Assembly (NCBI GenBank): GCA_904063045.1
Contig: CAJFCJ010000021.1
Span: forward strand, 186,001 to 250,000
Direction: 5' to 3'
DNA: 64,000 nt
Source: Dimorphilus gyrociliatus
Lineage: Eukaryota > Animalia > Annelida
The position numbers and the translations under genes were made by a program. The notes under the pieces were generated by a model. The model ran no database searches and was not told the origin of the DNA. It worked only from the letters and a program-made list of their open reading frames with translations. Positions 1 to 12,683 of the stretch are shown here, piece by piece (the first letter of the stretch is position 1; each line of letters opens with the position of its first letter).

Positions 1-313
1 CAATGCTGGTACATCAATTTATCTTCTCTTAGCGCTATTTTCTTTATTTATCAAATTGTTATTGTATAATATTTTTATGTTCAAATCTTTTACGTTCAAT
101 TTTAATCTTCTAGTAGTCTTTGCAAGTTCTTGTTCTTTATAGAATTCACTAATTATACAAAAATTTATGTCTAATTTAAATATCTTAATCGTTAACGCTA
201 CAAATACCAAGAATTTCCATTATAAAAGAAGGTTAAATAATCATCATTTATACATTAGTCTTTAAGGAGAATAGAAAAGACTTTAAAGGTAATTTTAATA
301 TTTAATTCCGTAG

Positions 314-620
314 AGAGATCTGAATGAAATTGGTGGAGGATATGTTCCATTTGGGTTACGAGATTTAGAAGGGATTGGCGGAGGATTTGTACCGTATAAC
401 GGAAAAAGAGCTTTAGACGAAATTGGTGGTGGTTACTTGCCTTCATACGGAAAACGAACGGTACGTAAAGAAATAAATAAAAAATGACGAGATAAGGAAG
501 AGTACGAAAAGAAGAAAAAAAATAGAACATACATCATTAATACTTATACCATTTTGTTGACAGGCATTCGCTGTGAGGAAATTAAGAGAGATGGCCAAGA
601 AACACGATTTAGTGGTATAA
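314..620 (+). CDS. 3' exons of a neuropeptide precursor (LDxIGGG-type repeats; pedal peptide/orcokinin-B-like or FCAP-like); 5' end unresolved
   Basis: Exon 314-460 (AG/GT flanked, phase 0-0) reads RDLNEIGGGYVPFGLR-DLEGIGGGFVPYNGKR-ALDEIGGGYLPSYGKRT: three similar peptides separated by R/KR cleavage sites, two with G-KR amidation signals. Next exon from 564 reads AFAVRKLREMAKKHDLV(V*). Not in the ORF track. Confidence 0.8.
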
Positions 621-3038
621 ACATATATTTATTAAATATGATTAATTAATTATTGCCTTTTTCTTTCCATTTATCTCATTTCTTTTTTATTTTCATTGAC
701 AGCAAAATTGAAGAGAACAAACGAAAGAAAGAAAAAGTAACAAACGAATATATTGGCTCTATTTGATTTCTTTTTTCAATGAAAAATTAAAAGATCAATT
801 ATATAACAATTTCATTTTCAAACTTATAAAAGTCATTTATCTTTATTTTATATGATTTTCTATATCCATACATATATACGTATTTATTATGAGGAAAAAA
901 TTGTGGATACATTAAAGTTCCGTGTAGTAAATGTATCTTCCTCTATTAGATAGACAAAATGATTATGTAATGATCATCCATTATAAACGATAAAGCTACT
1001 ATATTTTAAAAAATTTTTTGTGACACTTATATACTTTTTAATAATCCGGTTCAAAATATTTCCTTCCATATAAAAAGAAATAAATGGAAGTATTTGCATA
1101 CACGCCCTCTAGTTCTTATATAAAAAAAACCCCAGATATTAAATTTATATCATTAAAACTTAGATTTACAATACCAATAAATAATTAATAAAACAATTAT
1201 GATAGGTCACTGTTTAAGGTAATCTTTAAACAAATTGAAAATTCTTTAGTTTTGTAGGGTCTATCTACTCTGTCTAGACAGATAGATTGCAGTTTCACTA
1301 GTAATTATGCTAACATGTTTTGAATAAATCATTGCAAACTCTAAAAGGTAAAAGAAGCTCTAAGGAATGAAAATTTTTGCATAATTCGCAAGAAATAAGT
1401 AAATATTAACTAAAACGGTTAGCATACTTGGAAGTACTTTTAAAACGAAATCATTAAACAAACGTAGATGACTAAAAGTCACATCTCATCTGATTTTCAG
1501 GTAATTTGAGCTAAATAGAAGAATCTGCTGTAAAACATTACAGTTTTCAAGCTTGATGAAACTAAATTCATTCTTGACAGCTCAGATGGTTTATCTTACA
1601 GTTGGTAGAACCTCGAATACAAGAACATAATTTTCTTTTAAAGATTTTCTGAAGGATGTAGTATTATAAATTATAGAGGAATTTTCTCCGAAAGACAGAC
1701 CACGTGCGTTTATAAAAGCTAAGAATGAAAGTAAATGTAGGAGACTAGACTAGATACTCTAAAAGACCTATTTACCTTTTCCTGTCGTCTTCTCTATCGT
1801 GAAAACTTTCTTAACGTGGGCGTTAAAACTAAACTATCTTCTTGAACCGAGATTAATCGTATTTCTGAGTTGATCAATACGTAGTCTAGATTTAATATAA
1901 TTATTTTACAGCTTGGACGTTATAGGATGAGAGATAATTTAACAAAACTTCCAAATTTTAAACGATTAGAGACAGAGGAAAGAAATAGATGTAAATCCTT
2001 ATAAATCCTAAATATTATAGCTTACAGCATCAATTAAGGAAAAATACGAAAATATTTAATAAAAACACTTATGTATAATGTATAACTTATATTCTGTACA
2101 GTTTGAACAAGATTATTCAAAAGTAAAGCGTCACAATGACTTTTGAATTACTTCGACTTACTCTAGGACGGATTTACTTGTCGTCAACTACGACAATCAT
2201 CTAATTTATTATAATAAACAGTTTAGGTAACTTATCTCTTATAATTTTAATTTATAATGCAAAAAATTGAAGAAAAAAGGAAACTGAGTCTGCTATCTCT
2301 TTTTCAGTTGTTTTTCTTACATTTCCGCGTATGTGACTCCCTCTCTAGTCTTAAAATTACATTAGCGGAAGCGGAAATACATTTATCTATCTCTATTTGT
2401 AATATGCGCGTCTTTTATTTTATCCTTTGAATTATATTTGGATATTTCAGGAAATTTTCCAAATAACTTGATAGTTTTTATATAATAAAAAATTGATTTA
2501 TAAATTAAATAGACCTTTAGATATTTATTGAATAAAAAAATCAATAGCTATTTAATAATATACCGGCTCTGAAGAGTAGTCGTTAAAGGTAGGTAATATC
2601 TACTCGATTTCGGGTCATTTACCTAAATACCTTATATTTGTGACGGTATGTTTTTATAACTTATTCTCAAGAGATGAAATTCCATCGAATGTGAAATTTT
2701 ACGCTGATTACCTTCCGATCGTGAGAACATCAAATAAAATTCCCCACATGTACGTATGCTTTACTTTCTACTAATCTCTCGATTTCCGAAAAAAATTCAA
2801 ACTTCTTCCAAGTAATCTTCCCTTCTCATGATAACTAAAAACGAAAACGCTTTCGAAAATGTTTCTAAAATATCAAAATGAATATCATTTAATGTCAAAA
2901 CTAATTATGTGTCCTTGACCGTCAGAATGTTCTATTGGAAACATTCTTTAAAAATTTGTTGTTAACCTAATTATATACTATAATTTCAAAAGTATAAGCA
3001 ATAAAGAAAAAAATTAGAGAAAATTTTACAAAAAAAGC

Positions 3039-3111
3039 CGCCGGGACCCGGGATCGAACCAGGGACCTTTAGATCTTCAGTCTAACGCTCTCCCAACTGA
3101 GCTATCCCGGC
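3039..3111 (-). tRNA. tRNA-Phe (GAA), 73 nt, intronless
   Basis: Reverse complement GCCGGGATAGCTCAGTTGGGAGAGCGTTAGACTGAAGATCTAAAGGTCCCTGGTTCGATCCCGGGTCCCGGCG folds into a cloverleaf with GAA anticodon and A/B boxes, followed by a T-run Pol III terminator. Confidence 0.97.
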
Positions 3112-4127
3112 TTAAAAAATATTGTTCATGTATTCGTATATGAACGGTGCTAGTAGCGATCTTTCCTTTAGAAATATTAGAATTTATGAGAATACATAGA
3201 GAGGACGAATATAAAATAAAGCTTATGTATCAATTAGAATTGATTGTGGGTATTTTAATGAGGGATCTAGGGTTATAAAAAATATTTATTAATCATAAAA
3301 ATGATACATTAGCCCCAAAGAGCAGTAAATTTCCCTATCACTTCCTTAATCAATAGGCCTAATGTATAGATAAAACATATATACTGTATACATATAGCAT
3401 AAATACATTTAATACAATATACCCAACATATGCTGTTTCTTATTATGATTATTACTTGAATTATCTTTACTTTTTATTAATTCAATTTAATTAAGTGTTG
3501 AAACGCCAATAAGTGATTTATCCTATTTAATATATTATTTAACTTCATACGTGAAAACTATGAACACTACTTTACACTCTCTATATATTGATTATTTATC
3601 AAAAGGGAAAAATTTTCTTTTTGCATTAAATAAATCAATAATACACTTCAATAAAATATGCAAATGAACTAATAGAAAATTATATCCATTTTATATTCTT
3701 TACATCAATAAGCATCCTTCTCCTGAGTGCCAAGATTATTAAAACTCTCTCAAATATTGATTTCCATTCTACATGAATAAATTTGTGTAAATTAGCTACT
3801 TCTTGTTTGTTTACTAGTCAAACATTCCTTAGTTTGTTTAATATTGACTCAAGAAGATTCCCAAGACTTTGCATCCCTTCAATCGTTAAATAAGCAATAT
3901 AAAAGAGTTATAGAGGATAGTTAGCCAATTTTTTTTATAAAAAAATCTCCTCTTATACAAGTGTTTTATATAATAGTGTACTTGAAAAAAGAGCGGATGA
4001 CATAAGTAAATTGTATTTGAGGAGAAAAGGCTATCTTATCCAAATTTGTACAGTATGACATGTTATTGTACAGCTATAGATGTCAGCATTGATATGCATT
4101 ACAGATCGTTGCAGTACCAGGAAAATA

Positions 4128-5349
4128 ATGGCGGAAGAAATTCAAATGTTCTATGGATGTTATCTCTTAGTGAATAAGAATCCTAAATTTAAAGGAAGAA
4201 CATATATAGGATTTACTGTAAATCCTAATAGGAGAATACACCAACACAATACTGGAATAAAATCTGGAGGAGCATGGAAGACAAGTGGTAGGGGGCCTTG
4301 GTATATATTTAATAAATGTTTTATTATTTATATTTTTCCGTCTTTTACCCTACTAATATGTAATATGTTGTTCTCATTTATGGAAAAAGGGATATGGTCT
4401 TGATAATTCATGGATTTCCTAATAAAATTTCCGCTTTACGAGTAAGTTCTCGCTTTAACAATTTGCTAGTATTTTTTATACTAAATATGCTATTTGGGAA
4501 TAGTTCGAATGGGCTTGGCAGCATCCAGATAAATCCCGTCACCTCCGTGGTGTTCCTTTAAAGAAACGTCATAAATCGGCTTTGCATAAACAGTTTTTTA
4601 TCGTTTCTCATATGCTAAGAACAGAACCTTGGAGGAGATTACCCCTCACAATTAGATGGCTAAAGCAAGAAGAGTGTATAGAATTTGACGCCTTTTTACA
4701 ACCTCCTTTGCATATGTCTATTTGTTATGGACTGGTGAGGCTTTTGAATAAGAAAAATGAGAAATGTCAGACAAATAGTAACAGATTTATTGGCGAAAAC
4801 TGTTTTATCTGCCAAAAAGAATTAGATGAGGTAAAGGCAGAAGAAGAATAGATATTGAAATATTTGTAAATTACTTTTTTATGTTTTTTTATTTAGAAAA
4901 GCTTTGTTCAATGCATAAATTCGACATGTTCAACAAAATATCATACTATATGCCTGGCTGAATCCTTTCTCTCACAAGAATTTCAGTTGGGTAGTCAATT
5001 GATTCCGACAAAAGGAGATTGTAATAAATGCAATACGTTTGTTTTATTTATCATTTCTTTTTAGACTAATATGATCTATACTACTTTTCTGATTTATAGG
5101 AATATGTTATGGGGGGATATAATACGATATAAGCAGGGTTGTTACCAGCATTTGTCCACTTCTAATAATGTATGTAATATGTATTATTTATGCTCAATAA
5201 TATTTAGTAATAAAATGCTTATATATTCGTTTGATATTTTGAAGGGCCAAGAAGGAAAAGGAAATTACGAAGAGGAAATTGAAGAAGATTACAGCGTAAT
5301 ATCAGAGGAAGAACGTGTAACACTCGATTATTCATTATATGAAATTTAA
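4128..5349 (+). CDS. SLX1: Structure-specific endonuclease subunit SLX1 (GIY-YIG nuclease + C-terminal Zn/RING-like domain), 6 exons, ~288 aa
   Basis: Exons 4128-4300, 4390-4441, 4504-4830, 4897-5036, 5100-5169, 5245-5349 join in frame. Motifs [78 protein letters not shown]. Confidence 0.95.
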
Positions 5350-6944
5350 ATGAAATTAAATACATGGATAAGTAATTGAATACACTCGACAATATAGCTT
5401 TTATTATTATAAATAATTTAGCAATAATAAAAATCAAATCCCCTAACGATTTATATAATAAAAAGCTTATTTATTTCATAAATAAGTAATACAATATTTT
5501 TTAGCAGCGATATTTTAATATATTTATATAATTAAGCAGATTTTTCATAATAACGTTTACATAATAAATAAAATAGTATACAAATATATTTACTTTATTT
5601 CAATTTCATTTATCGATAGAGTGTTTCATTAGATAAAAAAGAATGCTGGTTTCTACTATCTACTATATGAACATTAATCATGTGAATGATGTAATACTTA
5701 TAAAGTAATTAGATAAAAGAGATAAACATGTTTGTATAGTATATCTGTTGTGTATGGTACAAGTATAAATGTGATAATAATAATAATGAAAATATATGTT
5801 TTTACTATTGTTTGGTATGTTAACGTTCGTATTGTACTTTATATACTATATACTGTATATTCTATATAATTATTATCATGTAAGTATTTAATCTTATTTG
5901 CTTGCGGATATATTAAAATCTACTAAATTGATAAGAATTGCAACTGTTTATTTGAACAAATCGAAGAGGATTTAAGTAAACGAGATTTCTAGAGTATATC
6001 TTATTGCGTAATTGTATATTATATAGCCTTAAAGGACAATAAAAGCAATATCAAAATTCACTATATTCGCTGAAATCATGGTTAATCGACATTGATGGAA
6101 TTGGCCTGTCGCTTGTTAATCTCTTACATAATCAATCCAGAAGTTAATAGAATAACCGTTTAAAGACTGTACGATAAATATCAGTCAGTGCATATTCTAT
6201 ATATATAAACTATACCATTTCTGATGAATACTCTTTATGAGAATATGTGTATATGTGTGAACAAATATACTATATATATATGTACTTGTATATTTATATA
6301 TATATACAGTATATATGCACATATATATAGCATATCTTATATAAATATATATCTACAAAATATATTATGATGATAAACGTGTAGTGTAGAATAGGCTTGT
6401 AGAGGAAATATATGAATATTATCCGATACACACTAAATCTCTTCTTCTCTTTCTCCTCCGTACCTAATAGCTATGTACCGTAAAACTAAAACTTGTAATT
6501 AAATCTTATTAGTTTCGTTGTTTTGTCACAGTGCGTAATAGTATATATGATTTATGGTGTCACACTAATGGATTATAAGGGAGATATTCATCCGAAACCA
6601 TCTGGATTTATTAATTGTAATCATTATATACATTTATAGCTTCGTCTCCTTTTCCAATTGTATTTATATAATAGAATGGATCTTCATGTCATTTGTTAAA
6701 CGCCTCTTCCAATTCCTTTGGAATACTGCTAAGTATCGCCAATAAATTGGAAGAGGTATCCATTTACGATATTTAAAGAAAATTCCTCCCCCATTCGACT
6801 CTCTCTTAATTTAACCATTTAAGTAGAAAGAATTGCATTAAATACTATTATTGATCTCTGTTCTATAAATATTCTTGTTGTTAAATATTAATACAGGATT
6901 TAATTATTATAATTTTACACACTTATAAAAGCTATAGACTTTAA

Positions 6945-6959
6945 CCGTCAGATGGCGTC
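6945..6959 (+). promoter_or_regulatory. CTCF-like site
   Basis: CCGTCAGATGGCGTC fits CCnnnAGRKGGCR. Confidence 0.45.
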
Positions 6960-9900
6960 CACTTTATTTCGAACGACATCCCTTATGGCCTATGACGACC
7001 ACCTCTGAACATATTTATGGGTCTATTAATTACAACTAACGTATAATTAAAACACCTTACTAACTGTAATGTAAAAGGAACAAAACTATGCACCTGAATG
7101 GGCGATAAAGAATTTTTCCCTTATAAATATAAGCAATAAAATACTACGTTTCGTTTGATAAAGGGGGCGAAAGAACGCGTAAAAAATACATAAAAAGGGA
7201 CAGAAACAAAAGAAATAAACTTTGTCCAATACGTATTCGTATATGTATATTTGTAGAAGGCTGCGCACGAATAGAATTGTATGCGTACAAAAAGGTTTGA
7301 GCGTCGGAATGGACGGCATTTCAGAATTCCAAAAGATACCTGTCGGCCATCCAAGAGGTGAGCGAACGTGAATAGACTAAATTGAAAGGTTGTAGAGAAA
7401 AGAGAAAAAAAGGTCGGGGCGAATTCTATATTGAAGAGCGTGTATACAACGCTCTACAACGTATGCAGGACGCGAGAGCTTTCGCTCTGTAGGCCACCAG
7501 ACGACATTCCAATGCATGACGGAGTTGCGCGCGCATATATACACTTTTATATACACACTTTTGCAGTAGCGTGTAACGCCTTTGGCCAGACGCTTCGTCG
7601 CTTGTTCTGAAGAAGGAAATTACCGTCATGTGAGATGTTTTAGGTTAGTCGCTTTTTTTCTTTCTTTTATTTGAAAGAATTTTTTCTTTTTTTTTCTATT
7701 CTGTGTCAGTCGCTATTTTTCCTGTTGTTGCTATTTATAAAGTAAATGTGGCACTCGCACACACGGTATCTGTGTATGTATACATTTATTTATATTTATA
7801 TATATATATATACATATTTATACATATACATATATATATCTATATATACATATGTATATTTATGGACGCTTTCTTTAACGCTCTAAGCTCCATACGCAGG
7901 AATGAGTAAACGCCTGGCAGAGATTTTTTCGCTTTTTTTCGAACACCCCTCTAGGCCTTCAGAGAAATTCGAACAGAAGAAAGCGAAAAAAAGAAAGAAG
8001 GGACAGAGTAGTGTACCTTATATTTAAAAAATATATTGTGTGCATATATATATATATATATATTGAAAGGTTGTTGAGAAATGTACATAGCATATTTCTA
8101 TATATGTATATATATGCCATTTGTAGAATATACCATATATAGTATATACAGTTTGTATGTATGTATATTTTCTTCTTAAGATTCTTATACAGTATGCCGT
8201 ATATATAATATGATATACATATATAAATAATATATCTATCTATATACATATAGATATTTATATAGAATAAAAATATTCAAAATATATATATATATATAGA
8301 TATATATATTAGTATATATATAAATATTTCCAGATATATGTGCACTACATATCTCTATATACTATATATAAGTTTTAAAGTAATAGAGAATAGAGAAGTA
8401 AACAGAAGGATAGAAACAGATATAGCAATAGACAGAGATATATTTGTGGACAGTGAGTGAGAGTGAGGGTGGGAGGAAAGAGGGAGAAAGAAGAAAGCGG
8501 CGGCGTCTATTTTTATGGCGTCTATCCTCTACACGTATAGTGCAGTTGCGCTGTTACGAACGAATGCAGGCCGGCGATCGATTTTTGCACGCATCTATAC
8601 AATTGAGATTCAGAGCGTCTACTCGGCTAGGCCTATGCGATAAACGCTTCGTATCGGAATTTTTTTTTTGGCGAAATGTTAAACAATACTTTTTTTAGTT
8701 GGAGTATTAATGAATATCTACCATCGATCTATTATCAGAAAGTGACGTTTTATAGGAATCTCCTAATGCTGTTTAATAATCTTTGGGATATTTTAAGCCT
8801 TTTCTATATGCATTTTCGATGACGCACTTCTCGTTTTCGATTACGCGTACACACGCGAGCTTTCTGCAGTAATTAAAATTGTCGGTAGCGTTTTCTTCCT
8901 TCCCTGAACTTTCCGTCTTCAACATCCCTGTATGTATAATACGGCATTAAGAGTATATTTATATACTACACATCGAATCCATACAATACACAATATAGAG
9001 AGTACATATTTATTTATTATGCAGTACACTATATGCATATACAGTAAATATATACTGAGAGTTTGTATACACACAAAAGTCTCTTTTCTTCAATTTGGCC
9101 ATCTCTTGTTGTCCCTTTAGCGAAGTCGCCGTTCGACTCCTAACGTTCCATTTTCTCAAACGATTTGTAAATACCATGTCATCGCAGTTGGATTTGTTTT
9201 TTTTGCTTATATACTGAATATTCATTTTTAATGCCCCAGGTATGTTTTTTCTATACACAAGGTGAATATCACATTGTATATTTAAAAACAACAAGCTATT
9301 CAATAATCTTGAACGATGCTTATTTATTGTTCTAAGCACGCAAAAACTGTATGAGAGAAAAAATAGAGAGAAACTACAATGTAAAGCAAAAGCTGTAAAC
9401 GTGTATCGATAAATATATGCAAAAGAGAGAGAAAGTGGTATGAGCGAGGGGGGTGGGGGGGAGAGCGGGGGGGAAAAGCTGACTGAGAGAGGTAGAGAGA
9501 GCCCTTTTGCAGTTCACCACACAATATACTCTAAAGGATATGATCACAACCGCAATTTTATCATTTGAACGTTGCAATTTACATAAAGTAATTTTTCTAA
9601 ATTTATCTTTTTTGTCTATTTTTTTTTAATAAAAAGAAGCTCGAAAAGTAACATAAGATGAGCTACAAACAGATCGGTCACGTTCTTATTAATTGATAAA
9701 AATAATAACTATATTATTAATAAAACAATCGAGAAATCTTAAAGAGTAGATGTATGAATATCTTAATTGTTTCTTTCCTTCTGGCTCTTTTTAGAGCTAC
9801 CAATCAATTAAAAGATAAAGACATAAAAGACATTGAAAATCAGATGTAGAATATAACGAAGTTTATAAATATGAATATATACTAATATATATATAAGAAC

Positions 9901-10142
9901 TGTGTGTAAAAACAACAATAGAATACTAGACTTAAAGTAGCAGATTTGATGTTTTTTAGTCATTTTTTATATACGAAAATTGCTAAAGTAATTAGAATTT
10001 TTAGTTTAGGTAAAAAAATGTTAGCTAAATGACAACAACAATAGTTCTAATAAACACATCCAGCTTATAAACTTCTTAATGAGATCAATGAAGAAAAAAA
10101 TATACTATATGCTTCTCTTCCTGTCTCTCTATGCGCTTTTCT

Positions 10143-10146
<4 letters not shown>

Positions 10147-10180
<34 letters not shown>
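10147..10180. repeat. (AT)17 microsatellite
   Basis: Read directly; part of a TA-rich low-complexity zone 7760-8360 and 10140-10870. Confidence 0.95.
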
Positions 10181-10183
<3 letters not shown>

Positions 10184-10907
10184 TACAGTATATATACATA
10201 CCTATATATATATATACTGTCTATATAAAAAGAACCTACAAAGCTAAACGCATTCTACGGTCTTTCACTGTGTTTCTATACGTTTTTTTAGTTCAGAATG
10301 AAACGATAGATTTCGTTAATTGTTTTTTTTAGCCAATCGATTGAACACGAAATGAAAAAAAACGCAAACCCTACTAAATCTATACAGTCGATACGAAACT
10401 TTATAGTCTTTCGCAAAGTCACAATAAACAATTGTATTTATGAATACATGAATATTTTAATGAATATGTATTCTATGTTTCAACATAAAGTATATGAAAT
10501 GTACACAGCGTAATAATAATATATGTATATTATAGAAATACTGCATGCATATATATACAGTATATATATAGTTATATTAATAGTTACCTTTATAGTGTAG
10601 GTCATTAATACGCATACCAAAGCATATCAATACATTTGCATTTTTAGGTTACATCCATAAATAAACATATAAAGTATATCATAGATATGTTTTTTAGGTG
10701 CTTGCTGTATTAAATTGTGTATATATATATATACAGAATATATATAAATATATATATATCTATATGATATGTCATATTCCCATACCTGTGCGTATTTTTA
10801 TGAAAAATACCTTAATATATACATATATACAATATATATATATATATATATATTATAATTATATGAACTATACATAGGAATAATGAACGTTTCTATCTAT
10901 CTTATAC

Positions 10908-10910
<3 letters not shown>

Positions 10911-10942
<32 letters not shown>
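10911..10942. repeat. (CT)16 microsatellite
   Basis: Read directly. Confidence 0.95.
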
Positions 10943-10945
<3 letters not shown>

Positions 10946-11934
10946 ACCACTCTTTACCTATCTCTCTCCCTCTTTTTCCGTGTTATCCCCTCTGTATATC
11001 TGCTTGTACGCTTGTCTTTCTTTCACTGTCAACATCCTTTTTTCTCTCTTTTCTTCCTTCTTCCCTTTCTCCTTGTATGCTGCGGCAGCTTCATAGGCCT
11101 ATTCTTTATCCCAAGTACATTATAATTTCATCACAAGATAATTATATTAGAAAAGAAGAATATAATTATTACTATGTACTTACGTTTATTTACGTTTATT
11201 TATTCTGGTAACTAACCGAATTAATCGGGTAAAAACAGAAAAAGTACCAGAAAAATGATCGCTTTTCGAACATAGTCGCTTTTAGTGTTTATACCGAACT
11301 ATATGCATGGTATAAAATATACATATATATTTACATATATATTTATATAAATATATACAACAGTAACGTTGATGTATTTTATTTCCACAAATCACACGCC
11401 AACTTGCCTAATTCTATTATCTACTTGGAAAAAACAACTGGATTACGACACTCTTGTCGTTGTGCTTATTTTTTTTTAAATCTGATAAATATTTGTATTA
11501 AAGTTCCTCCTAAACGTTACGAAAGAGGCTTCACTAAGGTATATTGTCTAGGAAACGTGCATTCCTTCTAATTTAGTCATAATAATATATATGTTCTTAT
11601 TTAATATACAAATATGTATATAGCTAGCTATAAATAGTAATAATATATAAGTATGTTTGCGCATATTATGCTGTATTATACATGTACTTTATGGGAATAA
11701 TGTACGAAATATCAGAAAAAAGATTGTATTTAAGAGTAAAAAAAGGGAAAGGGAAAAATTCTACAGTTAATTTCTGTATTTTAACAATGCACACACCAAC
11801 TTCGCTAATGGCTTTTATGGGAGAATCAATTCGACGAAAAAAAACACTACGTATAAAACTACCGCTGTTCCAAATCAAAGTCCGGAACTATTGCAGTATA
11901 TTGCAGAAAGGATGATAATGCGTATGCACGTAGC

Positions 11935-12310
11935 CGAGGCCTATTGATTGGCGCATATATGCAGGCTCAGCAATCGATTGGTGTGCGCAGACCAGGCGTT
12001 ACTGATGAGACGTCACATTGACGGCACGCACGTCATTCGCAAAAAATAGGCCTATAGGCTCCATCGCAAATTTTCCTAAAAAAAATATATACGAGTCCTG
12101 TCTTGTTTTTTTGTTTCATCCCTCCTACTTCGTTCTTTTTCTTTCTCTTTTTTACCCACTTCCTTCTATTTTTCTCCATGTTTTTCTGCAAGCTTTTATA
12201 CTACGTTCCTCAAGTTTCTTCTTCTTCTCTCTCCTTTCGCAGGGGCCCATTTGGCTGATCAATAATCGATTGCACGCGATTCCGCGGCCGCTAGGCCTGC
12301 GTGTGTAAGA
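11935..12310 (+). promoter_or_regulatory. CpG-richer promoter-like region upstream of the zinc-finger gene
   Basis: Locally higher GC/CpG, several ATTGG (CCAAT) boxes near 11947 and 11977, ACGTCA half-CRE sites near 12010 and 12030, TAGGCCTA at 12047. Confidence 0.5.
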
Positions 12311-12683
12311 AGTTGAACGGTATAATGAACAGTCAGCATGTAACAGCATGCATGACCTGTTACGTATAGGCTTATACGTTCGTCAGATTCTGCTCATACT
12401 GTTCAATACAAGCCGCGTATACAAAGGCCTCGTGCATGTATAAAGGTGTGCATATTTCTTATCAAATAGAATGTATTGATCTCCCGGTCGGTTTTTTACG
12501 AGCTGCGTATATATACGAGGCCCATATAAGTTTTTGATATCTTTTGCATATCTGTATATACATTCTCTGATAACGTACGTACGCGTTCGAATAGTTTGAT
12601 TTTTTTTCCCATCAGGTGCGAACACCGTAAGGGAAAAACTGCTGTTTTTGAACGTCTTCCGAAAATTTTACTCAGCATTCTCT

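Noticed and set aside
338-362. First neuropeptide ends in FGL, like allatostatin-A/buccalin
   Set aside because: No Gly donor for amidation (FGL-R) and the other two peptides lack the YxFGL motif.
1530-1900. Idea that TAA/TAG are reassigned, which would open these frames
   Set aside because: Real genes in the window (SLX1, Wnt11, ADSL-like, PKA-RII) end in TAA or TAG at the expected positions.
1250-2960. Complex, protein-like stretches with scattered stops (possible decayed transposon or pseudogene); similar at 59900-61700
   Set aside because: Stop density is near that expected for AT-rich DNA, and no recognisable domain, TIR or LTR was found.
7703-8249. YIYI-rich ORFs of 68-96 aa
   Set aside because: Translations of TA microsatellite-rich DNA.
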